Sequence record: SRR20825006_1683
Length of the DNA: 52,808 bases
Strand: one strand, 5' to 3'
Part shown: positions 20,422 to 30,075 of the stretch, piece after piece
How positions within the stretch are numbered: the stretch's first letter is position 1
Layout of the letters: each line of letters opens with the position of its first letter
The notes under the pieces: generated by a model
The model's input: only the letters and a program-made list of their open reading frames with translations
What the model was told of the DNA's origin: nothing
Databases searched by the model: none
Translations under genes and position numbers: made by a program

Positions 20422-23400
20422 CTATTCTTCTTCCATGATCTCAGACTCTTCTATGTCTTCGTCATCAAACTCAGTATATCTGTTCATGTTGACATCATAG
20501 TACTGGCGATTAAGCACTTTCCCGAGTGAATAACTGATAATGGTAATGTCTAGTAGGTTCTCACGGTATTTAATTTCCTTTTCTAAATCTGGAAGATTCG
20601 GATTTAAGCAGATGTCTCCCAAATACTTTGTTTTGGATAAATCACCAGAAAGCCATCTTCCGTTTCGTTTCCCTAAAGAATACTGTCCATATTTGTTAAG
20701 CTTTCCGTATGGATCATAGTATTTCCAGAAACCATCTGGCAGACCATTTTTCATCTCTCCTTCACTTTGAAGTGTTCCGTTGTCGTAATAATTCCGAACG
20801 AAGCCATTCATTTTGTGTGTGCTGTCGTTATCTTCCCAAATGGTATAGAACTGGCGAATTTCGTAGTGATCACTGTGCGAACAATCGTACTTTTCAGATT
20901 TTTCAATGATATAACTTTCCGAAAGCACTTTTCCTTGAGCATCCATTTCTGAGTAAATTCCACGAGAAAAGAACGTAATTGAATCATTGAGTTTGATAAT
21001 CGAATCGAAATAATCTACTTCATACATCGGTCGACCTTCGTAACTGAAATATTTCCAACATCCCACTTTTCTACCTTTGTTCAAATCTCCATCTCGCGCA
21101 ATGGTGTCGTTTGGATAGTATTTCGTCATGTGGTATTTAATTCCGGCTTTATCCACTAAGCTAGGTCTTCCGTAATAAGGTTGTTCCAAGTAGCCGTATC
21201 CATAACCTAAGTCGTACATCACTGCCTCCAAAGATTGAGAAGTTGTAATATCCGAAGGCTCGAAATAGATAGAATCTTCCCAGTCGAACAAATACCTTAC
21301 ACTTAGTTCATTTTCTTCCCAAATTTTCTCTTCTACAGGGAAAGAATACTTGAACTTTACATAATGATACTTTACTCCAAGAGAATCGAACGCTTCATAA
21401 TCTTCGATTGGTTCACCATTTAAAAAGAAACCTCTTTTGGAGATTCGTCCATTTGTGTGATACGACTTAGATTCACCTTGAAGCATTCCGTCCTGAAAAT
21501 TTAAATCGAAAAGAAGAATAGAATCTCTTTTAGGTAACGTTAGGTACGTTTGAACATATCCATCAAGCATTCCATTTTGGAAATTTGATTTTGTAAATGC
21601 AATCTTGTTTCGCTCAATTCCCAACCCTTCTCTGCGCCCTTCCACGTAGTTGAATTCACTGACAACATCTCCGTACCAATTGTACTCGATCTCCTTTCCA
21701 TCGAGAAAACCATTTTTGAAGTCAGCCACTATATTCAAGTAGTACTGTTTTTTTGCAGGGAAAGAGTCTAAGTCAGCATTGCCTTCATACTCATAGTAAT
21801 AATCTTCCGATTCGTCTTTTGGATAGGCATACGCATAATATTTTACACGTCCCTCTGCTTCTCCATTTACGAATGGAACTTCAGACATTTTCTTTCCGAA
21901 CTGATCATATCCGATCCAAATACCTTCGGGCTTACCATCTAGCATTTGTCCTTCTAACCTTTCCAATTGAGCGAACGCATTTTTTTTCTTTCTCCCTGAA
22001 TACTCATAAGATTCGTATTCATAGCCACCTCCACCTGCCGGTGAATTGAAGAAATTCCCTAACGATCTAATGAAAAAGTCATTAAATATGATTCCTCCTT
22101 TGCCTCTGCTCAAATCGGCTTTATCAAAGTAATCTAATATCTCAGGGTACTTCGTTACTCCCGTTTTTCTATATTTCTCAAGATCCTTGTTAAGTTTCTT
22201 GGACTTAGATTCATCTGTAGGTAGCCCAAGGTTTACACCTTTTTTAGAGATGGACAGTTTTTTTGCCGAAAAATCTAGTTCAACACCTCCTGTATATGGA
22301 TAGCCGTCCTTCATTAAAACAAACTCTGATGCAACATCGAACAGGTGATGCATTTTTGCGACGTTTCTTTGAGGAATCGAATCCGATTCCATGCCTTCAT
22401 AAAATGTTCCCGAAGAAGTTGTTACAAGCTCCAATCCTTGGTACTTTGCCGAAGACTTCCCTGTCCAACTCTCAAAATTCTCAGCAAACGTACTTCCGTA
22501 TGTCTTGGCTACTTTTCCCGACAAGCTGTAATCACTATTCGTTAGTTTTCGCTCAGACGGATCATAAAAAGAACTATAAAGTCTAACAGAATCGGTTGTT
22601 GACCAAGACCTGAAAATAATAAGTGGTTCTGTCAATTCGCTCCCAAGTGTATCCAGTTTGTCGTACATATAGAACTTACCGTAAGAAACTTCCTCTGCTA
22701 GAAGATCGTCCAAAAGTGCCGTTTTTGGCTTTTCGTGCTCTTTTTCAATTCTTTTGAAATCACCCAATGAATCATAACTTAACTCCAAATACAATTTACC
22801 GTCATAGTCGTATACCGATCTTAGGTAATGATTTGAATCTGCTACAAAATCTATTTTATCATGAACGTTTCCATTATCCCAGTATATTATTCCTTGATCC
22901 ACCAACGCTCCATTGTCAAACTCAAAACGCATCATTAATTGACCGTTTGAGTAATATTTTTCGTACACTCCAAGGTATTTTGGAATCCCCCCAAGGCTAT
23001 CAAGTAATACTCCGCGCTTAATTGTTTTCCCTGATTTTTTATCAAACTTACCAGGTTGATGGTAGCCAAGACTTCTGTCGTTATAATCATATTCACCATA
23101 ACTTTCATCCATGTATTGGTACTCCATCATCATTTCATCCATTTCCGAAAAACTTAGTTCTTCCTCTTCGAAATCGACTTCCGGTTGTTTTTCAAACGCA
23201 ATATCATAAAGTGCTGGCAACTCAGACATGCTGAAATCATACATAAAATTGAACTGCTCATCATCTGCTCCGTAATAATTAATCTTATCCTTTCTCATCC
23301 AAGGGATATGAACAATGAGAGAATCGTTGTCGTTTAGCGTATAATGAAGGCTAATCTGCTCGTTATTTCTAATTCGTTTTCTGAACGGCCCAATCCCTTT

Positions 23401-24249
23401 GAAAACAATATTTCGGGTAGTCCACTCACCGCTCATTTCTCCGTTTGTGTAGTATCCTTCCTCTGTTGGAAAAGCGGAACTGTAATACCTCACAAACTTT
23501 CCATTTTTCGCTCCACGGCTGTATTCACTGTATTCTAAAAGCGTGTCTTTGTATATGTCGCCTTGTTCGATATACATTTTTGCGTCTTTGGGTCCGAGTG
23601 AATATTCTGGTTCGCGGCTCATGAGTGTCCATTTTCCTTCCTTCAGTCCATCGTTAAACCAACCGTGTTTAAGCGTGTCGCCTTGTAAATCTACCCAAGT
23701 TGCCTCTCCGTGTAGGGTATTGTTTTTGATCGTGAAATATCCTGCGACGAATGTCTTCTCTTGAATGCATTTACCTTTTTCGTCTGTAAAGCAGAAATCT
23801 TCATAAAGCTGAACATACTTTCCGTCTGGAATAGGATCCAACGAAGGAATAAGATCAATATTTTCGATCATTCTTTGTTCCAGCAATGGGTAAGGATTCT
23901 TTCTCGCCGCTTGAATAAACTTCCTATTCAAGTACTTTTTTCTTTCACTATCAAACCCATTCATTTCGTCCATGAAACGAGTGAATGCGCGGTACTCCTT
24001 TCTACTGTTACCGCCACCGAACTCTTCTCCCCACACATTTTTATACTCGGAATAAGATATTTTTTCTGTTCGCGTGTGTTTAAGAATACTCCAATAATCA
24101 TCGTGCTGTCGCACTTCCATTTTAAATGGATAGACATAATAATCTATCCCTTCTATGGTCATCGTCTCCACTTGTTGTGCAGATCCCCAGATTGAGAAAA
24201 ATGCTGTGAAAGAAACTAAGGTTAGCATTCTTCTAATCATAGTACTCAT
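20422..24249 (-). CDS. Large exported MORN-variant repeat protein (YwqK-like repeats)
   Basis: Signal peptide (MIRRMLTLVSFTAFFSIWGSA); many YYxNG...G..xnG..xG.W repeats. Confidence 0.8.
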   Translation of the reverse strand: MSTMIRRMLTLVSFTAFFSIWGSAQQVETMTIEGIDYYVYPFKMEVRQHDDYWSILKHTRTEKISYSEYKNVWGEEFGGGNSRKEYRAFTRFMDEMNGFDSERKKYLNRKFIQAARKNPYPLLEQRMIENIDLIPSLDPIPDGKYVQLYEDFCFTDEKGKCIQEKTFVAGYFTIKNNTLHGEATWVDLQGDTLKHGWFNDGLKEGKWTLMSREPEYSLGPKDAKMYIEQGDIYKDTLLEYSEYSRGAKNGKFVRYYSSAFPTEEGYYTNGEMSGEWTTRNIVFKGIGPFRKRIRNNEQISLHYTLNDNDSLIVHIPWMRKDKINYYGADDEQFNFMYDFSMSELPALYDIAFEKQPEVDFEEEELSFSEMDEMMMEYQYMDESYGEYDYNDRSLGYHQPGKFDKKSGKTIKRGVLLDSLGGIPKYLGVYEKYYSNGQLMMRFEFDNGALVDQGIIYWDNGNVHDKIDFVADSNHYLRSVYDYDGKLYLELSYDSLGDFKRIEKEHEKPKTALLDDLLAEEVSYGKFYMYDKLDTLGSELTEPLIIFRSWSTTDSVRLYSSFYDPSERKLTNSDYSLSGKVAKTYGSTFAENFESWTGKSSAKYQGLELVTTSSGTFYEGMESDSIPQRNVAKMHHLFDVASEFVLMKDGYPYTGGVELDFSAKKLSISKKGVNLGLPTDESKSKKLNKDLEKYRKTGVTKYPEILDYFDKADLSRGKGGIIFNDFFIRSLGNFFNSPAGGGGYEYESYEYSGRKKKNAFAQLERLEGQMLDGKPEGIWIGYDQFGKKMSEVPFVNGEAEGRVKYYAYAYPKDESEDYYYEYEGNADLDSFPAKKQYYLNIVADFKNGFLDGKEIEYNWYGDVVSEFNYVEGRREGLGIERNKIAFTKSNFQNGMLDGYVQTYLTLPKRDSILLFDLNFQDGMLQGESKSYHTNGRISKRGFFLNGEPIEDYEAFDSLGVKYHYVKFKYSFPVEEKIWEENELSVRYLFDWEDSIYFEPSDITTSQSLEAVMYDLGYGYGYLEQPYYGRPSLVDKAGIKYHMTKYYPNDTIARDGDLNKGRKVGCWKYFSYEGRPMYEVDYFDSIIKLNDSITFFSRGIYSEMDAQGKVLSESYIIEKSEKYDCSHSDHYEIRQFYTIWEDNDSTHKMNGFVRNYYDNGTLQSEGEMKNGLPDGFWKYYDPYGKLNKYGQYSLGKRNGRWLSGDLSKTKYLGDICLNPNLPDLEKEIKYRENLLDITIISYSLGKVLNRQYYDVNMNRYTEFDDEDIEESEIMEEE

Positions 24250-25183
24250 ATTCAAATGTTTCAATTTGTGTGTTTTGAAGTTCGTTTTTGGGTGCATTTG
24301 TTTTATGGATCATTTTTATCGGCTTTTTTGCCTCATCCAATTTCCAAGTTGATTTTCTTGCTGAAATAAATCGGTCAATGCTGAATGTAGAGTCGATAAA
24401 CCCTTGACAAATCCCTTTTTTGTCATATTCCGCTGTTCTACGATAGGAAAACGGGCTTTTTTCAAAGTGAATTTTACTCAAATTGTTGCTTTTTCTTTCT
24501 CTGAATAGCTCCGTTACGTTTCGCTCATTTACCAAATTTTCCACCTGATATTTCTTCTTAAATTCTTTTGGACTTCCCAATACAACGTAATCGAATGAAG
24601 TTGGTTTCAAAATAGAATCAACAGAAAGTGGTCCATACAAACTCTGATCGAGAATACACATCAAAAAAGTACCATCTAACTCGTTCTCATAGACCAAAAA
24701 ATTTGGCGAATATTCTTCTTTTGTAAAGACTTTAAATCTAGAGCGACTTCTCATTTCCTCAGACATTGTGGTTGTTACAGGAGCAAATCCATATTCATCC
24801 GCTTTCTTTGGATAATTAAATGTAAAACTCGAAACCTCCACGTTTTCATAGAACTGCGAAATCGAATATTTCGACACCGCGCCTGAAACATCAAAATCAT
24901 AAATTTGAATAGACTTTGGAAATTCTAATTGCGAGCTATCTTGATTGAGCGAATATGTTTTGCGAATCATTCGTTTAATCTTATTCTTTCGCACCAAGGA
25001 ATCATCGAACCAAACTGGGAAAGACACTTCATCTTCCAGCTCCGAAAAATAGTGTGAAATTCTGATTAGTGAGGAATGACTCTCTGGTTTACCCTCTTGC
25101 TTCAACCGCTTCTTTTCCGAATTACAAGAGAGCGAAAAAAGCACTCCCAAAATCAAAAAAAATAGCTGTAATTTCTGCTTCAT
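24233..25183 (-). CDS. Hypothetical lipoprotein
   Basis: MKQKLQLFFLILGVLFSLSC lipobox at the corrected start; overlaps the MORN gene start. Confidence 0.75.
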   Translation of the reverse strand: MKQKLQLFFLILGVLFSLSCNSEKKRLKQEGKPESHSSLIRISHYFSELEDEVSFPVWFDDSLVRKNKIKRMIRKTYSLNQDSSQLEFPKSIQIYDFDVSGAVSKYSISQFYENVEVSSFTFNYPKKADEYGFAPVTTTMSEEMRSRSRFKVFTKEEYSPNFLVYENELDGTFLMCILDQSLYGPLSVDSILKPTSFDYVVLGSPKEFKKKYQVENLVNERNVTELFRERKSNNLSKIHFEKSPFSYRRTAEYDKKGICQGFIDSTFSIDRFISARKSTWKLDEAKKPIKMIHKTNAPKNELQNTQIETFEYEYYD

Positions 25184-25272
25184 TCGATTAATATAGTAAC
25201 AATCTTTTGGATGATAATTCACCTTAATGAAAATCATTTCGAGAAGCCCTATTTTTAACGTAATTTTGCAGC

Positions 25273-27192
25273 ATGCAGGAGAATCGCCCAATAACAGATT
25301 GGCTACCAATTACGAAGGAAGAACTTACCAAACGAGGAATCGAACAAGTGGATGTAATCCTCGTTTCGGGCGATGCCTACGTTGATCATCCAGCCTTTGG
25401 CACAGCTGTTATTGGTAGAATTATCGAAGACGAAGGATTTTCTGTCGCCATTATCGCTCAACCCAACTGGCGCGACGATTTACGCGATTTTAAGAAATTC
25501 GGTAAACCAAAGTATTTTTTCGGAGTAACAGCTGGTTGTATGGATTCGATGGTGAATCATTACACGGCTAATAAACGTTTGCGTTCTACCGATGCATATA
25601 CTCCTGGGGGCGCCGCTGGATTCCGTCCCGATTACGCCACAACAGTTTACTCGAACATTTTAAAGGAATTGTTTCCTGATGTCCCTGTAATGATTGGCGG
25701 AATTGAAGCTTCGTTGAGAAGAGTAACGCATTACGATTATTGGTCGGACAAGCTAATGCCTTCCATTTTAGTAGACTCGAATGCGGACATTTTGGTATAT
25801 GGAATGGGCGATCAACCACTCCGAGAAATGCTCAAATTGTTAAAAAAGGGCGTTCCATTTAGCAATCTTCATACGATTAAGCAGGTTGCCTTTTTGCAAT
25901 CTAAGGAGGAAGAACTTCCCAAAAACAAGCAATGGAAAACAGTGGCTTTATCGAGTCACGAGCTTTGTTTAGAAGATAAATTAAAGTATGCCGCGAACTT
26001 CAAAACTGTTGAAGTTGAATCGAATAAATGGGATGCCGATAGAATTACGCAAGACGTTGGAAGTCATCGATTGGTGATCAATCCTCCTTATAAAACCATG
26101 ACCGAAAACGAAATTGACGGTTCATTTGATTTACCATATACTCGCTTACCTCATCCTAAATACAAAAAGCGCGGTGCAATTCCTGCCTACGACATGATTA
26201 AGTTTTCGATCAACATGCACCGTGGATGTTTTGGAGGTTGTAGCTTCTGCACTATTTCGGCGCATCAAGGGAAATTTATTGCTTCTCGGAGTGAAAAATC
26301 GATCCTCAGCGAATTAGAATCGGTGGTTGAACATCCAGAATTCAAAGGTTATATTTCGGATCTTGGTGGACCTTCCGCGAACATGTATGGTATGAAGGGG
26401 AAAGATGAGGCAATTTGCGCTCGTTGCTCTAGTCCAAGCTGTATTCATCCTGTTATTTGTAGTAATCTAGATACTTCGCACAAGTCCATGACGGAATTGT
26501 ATAAGAAGGTTGACAAGCACGAAAAGGTGAAAAAAGCCTTCGTTGGTTCTGGAATTCGCTACGATTTGTTGGTAGACGATTTCAATAAAAATAATTCAGA
26601 CGGGAACCACGACGAATACATTGAGCAAGTTATCACTCGACATGTAAGTGGGCGTTTGAAAGTCGCTCCTGAGCATACCTCAGATGCAACGTTGCGCGTA
26701 ATGCGAAAGCCGTCCTTTAAATATTTCCACAAATTCAAAGAGAAATACGACAGAATCTCCGAGAAACACGGACTGAAACAACAATTGATTCCTTATTTCA
26801 TTTCTTCTCACCCGGGCTGTGAAGACGAAGACATGGCAAATTTGGCGGCTGAAACAAAAGAAATGGGCTTCCAGTTGGAGCAAGTTCAGGATTTCACTCC
26901 TACTCCGATGACTGTTGCTACGGTAATTTACTACAGTGGCGTTCATCCATATACGTTAAAACCTTATACAACTGTTAAGGACAAAGAAGCTAAACTCAAT
27001 CAACGTAGGTTCTTCTTTTGGTATAAGAAGGAAAATCATTCGTTTATTAAGCAATCGCTCCAAAAGGCGAATCGAATGGATCTAGCAGAGCAACTGATTG
27101 GAACAAAACAAGACGATTCACCGAGAAGAGAAGCTCCGAAATGGTTAGAGGAACGAAGAAAGAAGGATTTTCAAGGTAAAAAGAAGCGCTAG
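25273..27192 (+). CDS. ygiQ: YgiQ/UPF0313 family radical SAM protein
   Basis: SGDAYVDHPAFG, CFGGCSFC (CxxxCxxC), DLGGPSANMY and QVQDFTPTP. Confidence 0.92.
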   Translation: MQENRPITDWLPITKEELTKRGIEQVDVILVSGDAYVDHPAFGTAVIGRIIEDEGFSVAIIAQPNWRDDLRDFKKFGKPKYFFGVTAGCMDSMVNHYTANKRLRSTDAYTPGGAAGFRPDYATTVYSNILKELFPDVPVMIGGIEASLRRVTHYDYWSDKLMPSILVDSNADILVYGMGDQPLREMLKLLKKGVPFSNLHTIKQVAFLQSKEEELPKNKQWKTVALSSHELCLEDKLKYAANFKTVEVESNKWDADRITQDVGSHRLVINPPYKTMTENEIDGSFDLPYTRLPHPKYKKRGAIPAYDMIKFSINMHRGCFGGCSFCTISAHQGKFIASRSEKSILSELESVVEHPEFKGYISDLGGPSANMYGMKGKDEAICARCSSPSCIHPVICSNLDTSHKSMTELYKKVDKHEKVKKAFVGSGIRYDLLVDDFNKNNSDGNHDEYIEQVITRHVSGRLKVAPEHTSDATLRVMRKPSFKYFHKFKEKYDRISEKHGLKQQLIPYFISSHPGCEDEDMANLAAETKEMGFQLEQVQDFTPTPMTVATVIYYSGVHPYTLKPYTTVKDKEAKLNQRRFFFWYKKENHSFIKQSLQKANRMDLAEQLIGTKQDDSPRREAPKWLEERRKKDFQGKKKR

Positions 27193-27251
27193 TTAATTTC
27201 CATTTATGGAATTCACGAACATTTGCATCTTACACTTATATATTTAATTGT

Positions 27252-28322
27252 ATGAAAGGAATCGTTTTCTTCTCAAAGTGGGTTGTTGGAATTTGTTTGT
27301 CGATTGGAATGAATAGTTGTGGTATTAAACAACTAGAAACCTCAGAGAAACAAAAAACACAGGAAGTAGAAGAAACCAAATCCTTCGAATTTGTAGAATC
27401 GTATAACTGTCCTTGTCCAGAAGGACTAAGAGAGCCGAGAATACAGTTGTACACAAACAATACTCAACACTTTAAAAGCGAATACGCTCTATCCGAAACA
27501 AGTGAAATTAGAGGGAGAGTACTTAGTGAAGATAGCATTCCTGTTCCTTTTGCAACTGTTCATCTATACAACTCAGGCATTGCAGATACTACGGATGAGA
27601 ACGGGTATTATTCACTCAAAAACATACCGAATGGGGATATTGTTTTAAACGTTAGTTCTTCTGGGTATTTCCAATGTAATCTGCCTTCTTTCACTATCAA
27701 AAGCCCTCAGATGTTCACCGCGTCAACAATTAGATTGCAGATTTTACGTGCGCAGTTGCTAAAACCTATCATTTACCTTTATCCTGAGAGTGACACAAAC
27801 GTTACCATTCAGCTTGATTACAAAGGTAAAATTTCCCATTCTTACCCAAAATATGTTGATAGTTGGAAAGTTCGAGCCGAGCCAAACGGAACACTTACCG
27901 ATGCTTCAGGAAGAAGCTACTATGCTCTTTTCTGGGAGGGAGTTCCAACAAAAGAATTAACCGTCGAAAACGGATTTGTTGTGAAGGGCAGTGAAACAAT
28001 TCCATTCTTAGAGTCGAAGTTAGATCAACTTGGATTGACAGAAAGAGAAGCGAATGAGTTCATTATGTTCTGGTATCCAAAACTAGAAGCGAATCCCTAC
28101 AACCTCATTCATTTTTCTACGGATGAATATTTGGAATCCGCGAAGCTAAATGTTGAACCAGTTCCAGAAACGGTAATTCGAATAATGATGGTCTATAAAC
28201 CAATTAGCGCAGCTTTTGAAGTTCCGCTTCAGATGCTTCCAGAAAAACCGATTAGAAAAGGATTTACGTTGGTTGAATGGGGAGGGACAGGGCTTCGAGA
28301 ACCTCAGCCCACTGTTCCATAA
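27252..28322 (+). CDS. Lipoprotein with a carboxypeptidase-regulatory-like domain and a KPIIYLYP...VEWGG domain of unknown function
   Basis: Lipobox MNSC; GRV...VPFATV...TTDENGYYSL; KPIIYLYPE...RKGFTLVEWGG. Confidence 0.8.
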   Translation: MKGIVFFSKWVVGICLSIGMNSCGIKQLETSEKQKTQEVEETKSFEFVESYNCPCPEGLREPRIQLYTNNTQHFKSEYALSETSEIRGRVLSEDSIPVPFATVHLYNSGIADTTDENGYYSLKNIPNGDIVLNVSSSGYFQCNLPSFTIKSPQMFTASTIRLQILRAQLLKPIIYLYPESDTNVTIQLDYKGKISHSYPKYVDSWKVRAEPNGTLTDASGRSYYALFWEGVPTKELTVENGFVVKGSETIPFLESKLDQLGLTEREANEFIMFWYPKLEANPYNLIHFSTDEYLESAKLNVEPVPETVIRIMMVYKPISAAFEVPLQMLPEKPIRKGFTLVEWGGTGLREPQPTVP

Positions 28323-28327
28323 TCTCA

Positions 28328-28497
28328 GAAAACTAAGAATACAAACCGCACTTAAAAAAATAGCACTAGGAATCGAATGAACTTCGTAGTCTAGTTATTG
28401 ATGCGAATAACAACATCATTCCATTTGTAACAGTCGCGATTAAAAACATGTCAATGGTCACAAGACGAAAAATGACTCATCTATATTCTCGAAAAAT
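28328..28497 (+). pseudogene. Decayed partial paralog of the upstream lipoprotein
   Basis: Reading from 28370 gives ESNELRSLVIDANNNIIPFVTVAIKN, which aligns with ETSEIRGRVLSEDSIPVPFATVHLYN; frameshifts and stops on both sides. Confidence 0.55.
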
Positions 28498-29048
28498 TAA
28501 TCCATTTGTTCCTTGAGCCCATTCACGGGACTCACCGCCACAATTTCCGTCACTTCCACTCGACCTGCTCGCCCATGCTCCATTCCTCTCTCTGGAGACA
28601 TTGGAAATCCAACACGAATCAACCCGAGGTAATCCGTTTGGCACGAATCGCAGCGATAATGCGTTACATCAACCGAAGATTTCCGCTGAAAGTCAAAATC
28701 GTAGTCAAAATCCCTTCGATTCAAATAAAATTCTTCATCGACCTCAACTAGTTCTACGGTCTCAAACAACTCCGCGAGTTCTTCTAAAAACTGTCGCGAA
28801 TAATTGGTAGAGTTGATGTTTTTCAAAATGGCCAGATTCGACTCGCCTTCATCAAAATTTTGATCAATTGCCACAATACCATCACAAGACAAGCAAGCGT
28901 GTTCCATCTTCCAACTGCTGTTGAATGAAAAATCGAGTGGGATTTCAGCACTCTCATGAGCGCTGAAATCACCAACTGCAAGGTGTTTTATGAGCTTCTT
29001 TCCGTAGCGAGAAATGTCAACATGAAGAACGCGTCCTTTTAAAATCAT
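28497..29048 (-). CDS. Hypothetical protein with two CxxC motifs, candidate immunity protein
   Basis: CLSC and CDSC; acidic; no signal peptide; directly downstream of the TNT-domain gene. Confidence 0.65.
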   Translation of the reverse strand: MILKGRVLHVDISRYGKKLIKHLAVGDFSAHESAEIPLDFSFNSSWKMEHACLSCDGIVAIDQNFDEGESNLAILKNINSTNYSRQFLEELAELFETVELVEVDEEFYLNRRDFDYDFDFQRKSSVDVTHYRCDSCQTDYLGLIRVGFPMSPERGMEHGRAGRVEVTEIVAVSPVNGLKEQMD

Positions 29049-29099
29049 AGACAATTGTCGCTATTAATTTTTGCTTTTTCGCTCAATCAGCACTATTAT

Positions 29100-29864
29100 T
29101 TACTTTTTTTCAATAACCGTTCCTACGAGTTGTGGATACTTTCCACTTGGTGAAGAAACGATTGTGATCCGAATTAGCCCCATTTCAGCCAATTGCGTGA
29201 AGGTATACGAATATCCTTTTGCAGAATTTGGATCTTTTGGGATATTCCATTTTTCTTGAATAGCCAACCCTGCTTCATTGAACCAAGGAATTACATCAGC
29301 TTCTTGACAAAAGAATTCCAAATCTTGAAGAATTTCAATCGTGTAATATAAATCATACGATTCCTTGGAGCCATTTAAAGCCCGCTGACCGTACGAATAC
29401 GGGTGATCATCGAGAATTGGACTAGTGAAGTTGCCACCCAAATTTGGTACTCCACTAGTGTATTCACCTATCGTGTTTCCATATCGATCAAAGAGTTCTC
29501 CTTTTTTGAAGTAAACGCTATCCTTTGTATTAAAACCACCATTTGCTGGCGGCCAAATAATGCCTCCGGATGCGATCTTGTTGGTGATGAAAAGCTGTTC
29601 TAATTTCGTCCAATTTTGATTTAAGTAGTATGCCCAAGCTTGATCAACAATTTCAGGTGTTACGTTTGTCGCTCCGCTGAAAGTGGCTGCAAAGGTTTCT
29701 TTGGTGTAGAAATCGGAATCAAATGATTTTTGATAATGATTCTTTAATGAATCATCGTCATGGTGACTCCAAGTATGTGCTATTGTTCCTTCAGATGCAC
29801 TTAGTGAAAACGCAGTGAAGATGCTGATAGCCGTCAGCAGGGCTAGAGTGGTTAGTTTTTTCAT
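29100..29864 (-). CDS. Exported TNT-domain (tuberculosis necrotizing toxin family) NAD+ glycohydrolase
   Basis: Sec signal peptide; WPPANGG, FDRYG, GNFTSP, SYGQRAL and IPWFNEAGLAIQ follow the TNT motif order. Confidence 0.8.
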   Translation of the reverse strand: MKKLTTLALLTAISIFTAFSLSASEGTIAHTWSHHDDDSLKNHYQKSFDSDFYTKETFAATFSGATNVTPEIVDQAWAYYLNQNWTKLEQLFITNKIASGGIIWPPANGGFNTKDSVYFKKGELFDRYGNTIGEYTSGVPNLGGNFTSPILDDHPYSYGQRALNGSKESYDLYYTIEILQDLEFFCQEADVIPWFNEAGLAIQEKWNIPKDPNSAKGYSYTFTQLAEMGLIRITIVSSPSGKYPQLVGTVIEKK

Positions 29865-30017
29865 GATTCAAAGTTAGGTAATCCAACTTCTATTTCCAAT
29901 CCTAGTCAGCTACTTTAAGATATTCTTCTTAGTAAATTGAACAAAATCTTGATATTGCTCCTCGACATGGTCAGTTTAGGGAATTCTTTCGGAAGAGATA
30001 TACTATTTAGATGGCAC

Positions 30018-30052
30018 AAAAAAAACCTGTCGCCTTACGACAACAGGTTTTT
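30018..30052 (-). terminator. Terminator downstream of rplY
   Basis: AAAAACCTGT...ACAGGTTTTT stem with a T run on the minus strand. Confidence 0.75.
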
Positions 30053-30075
30053 GAATATTTGGAAAAGAACTCGTC

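Noticed and set aside
20422-24249. Large repeat protein as an RHS toxin or YwqK antitoxin
   Set aside because: No RHS core signature or toxin tip and no adjacent toxin; it carries a signal peptide.
29905-30010. Possible gene-end remnant on the minus strand (DHVEEQYQDFVQFTKKNILK*)
   Set aside because: Too short, with no recognisable homology.
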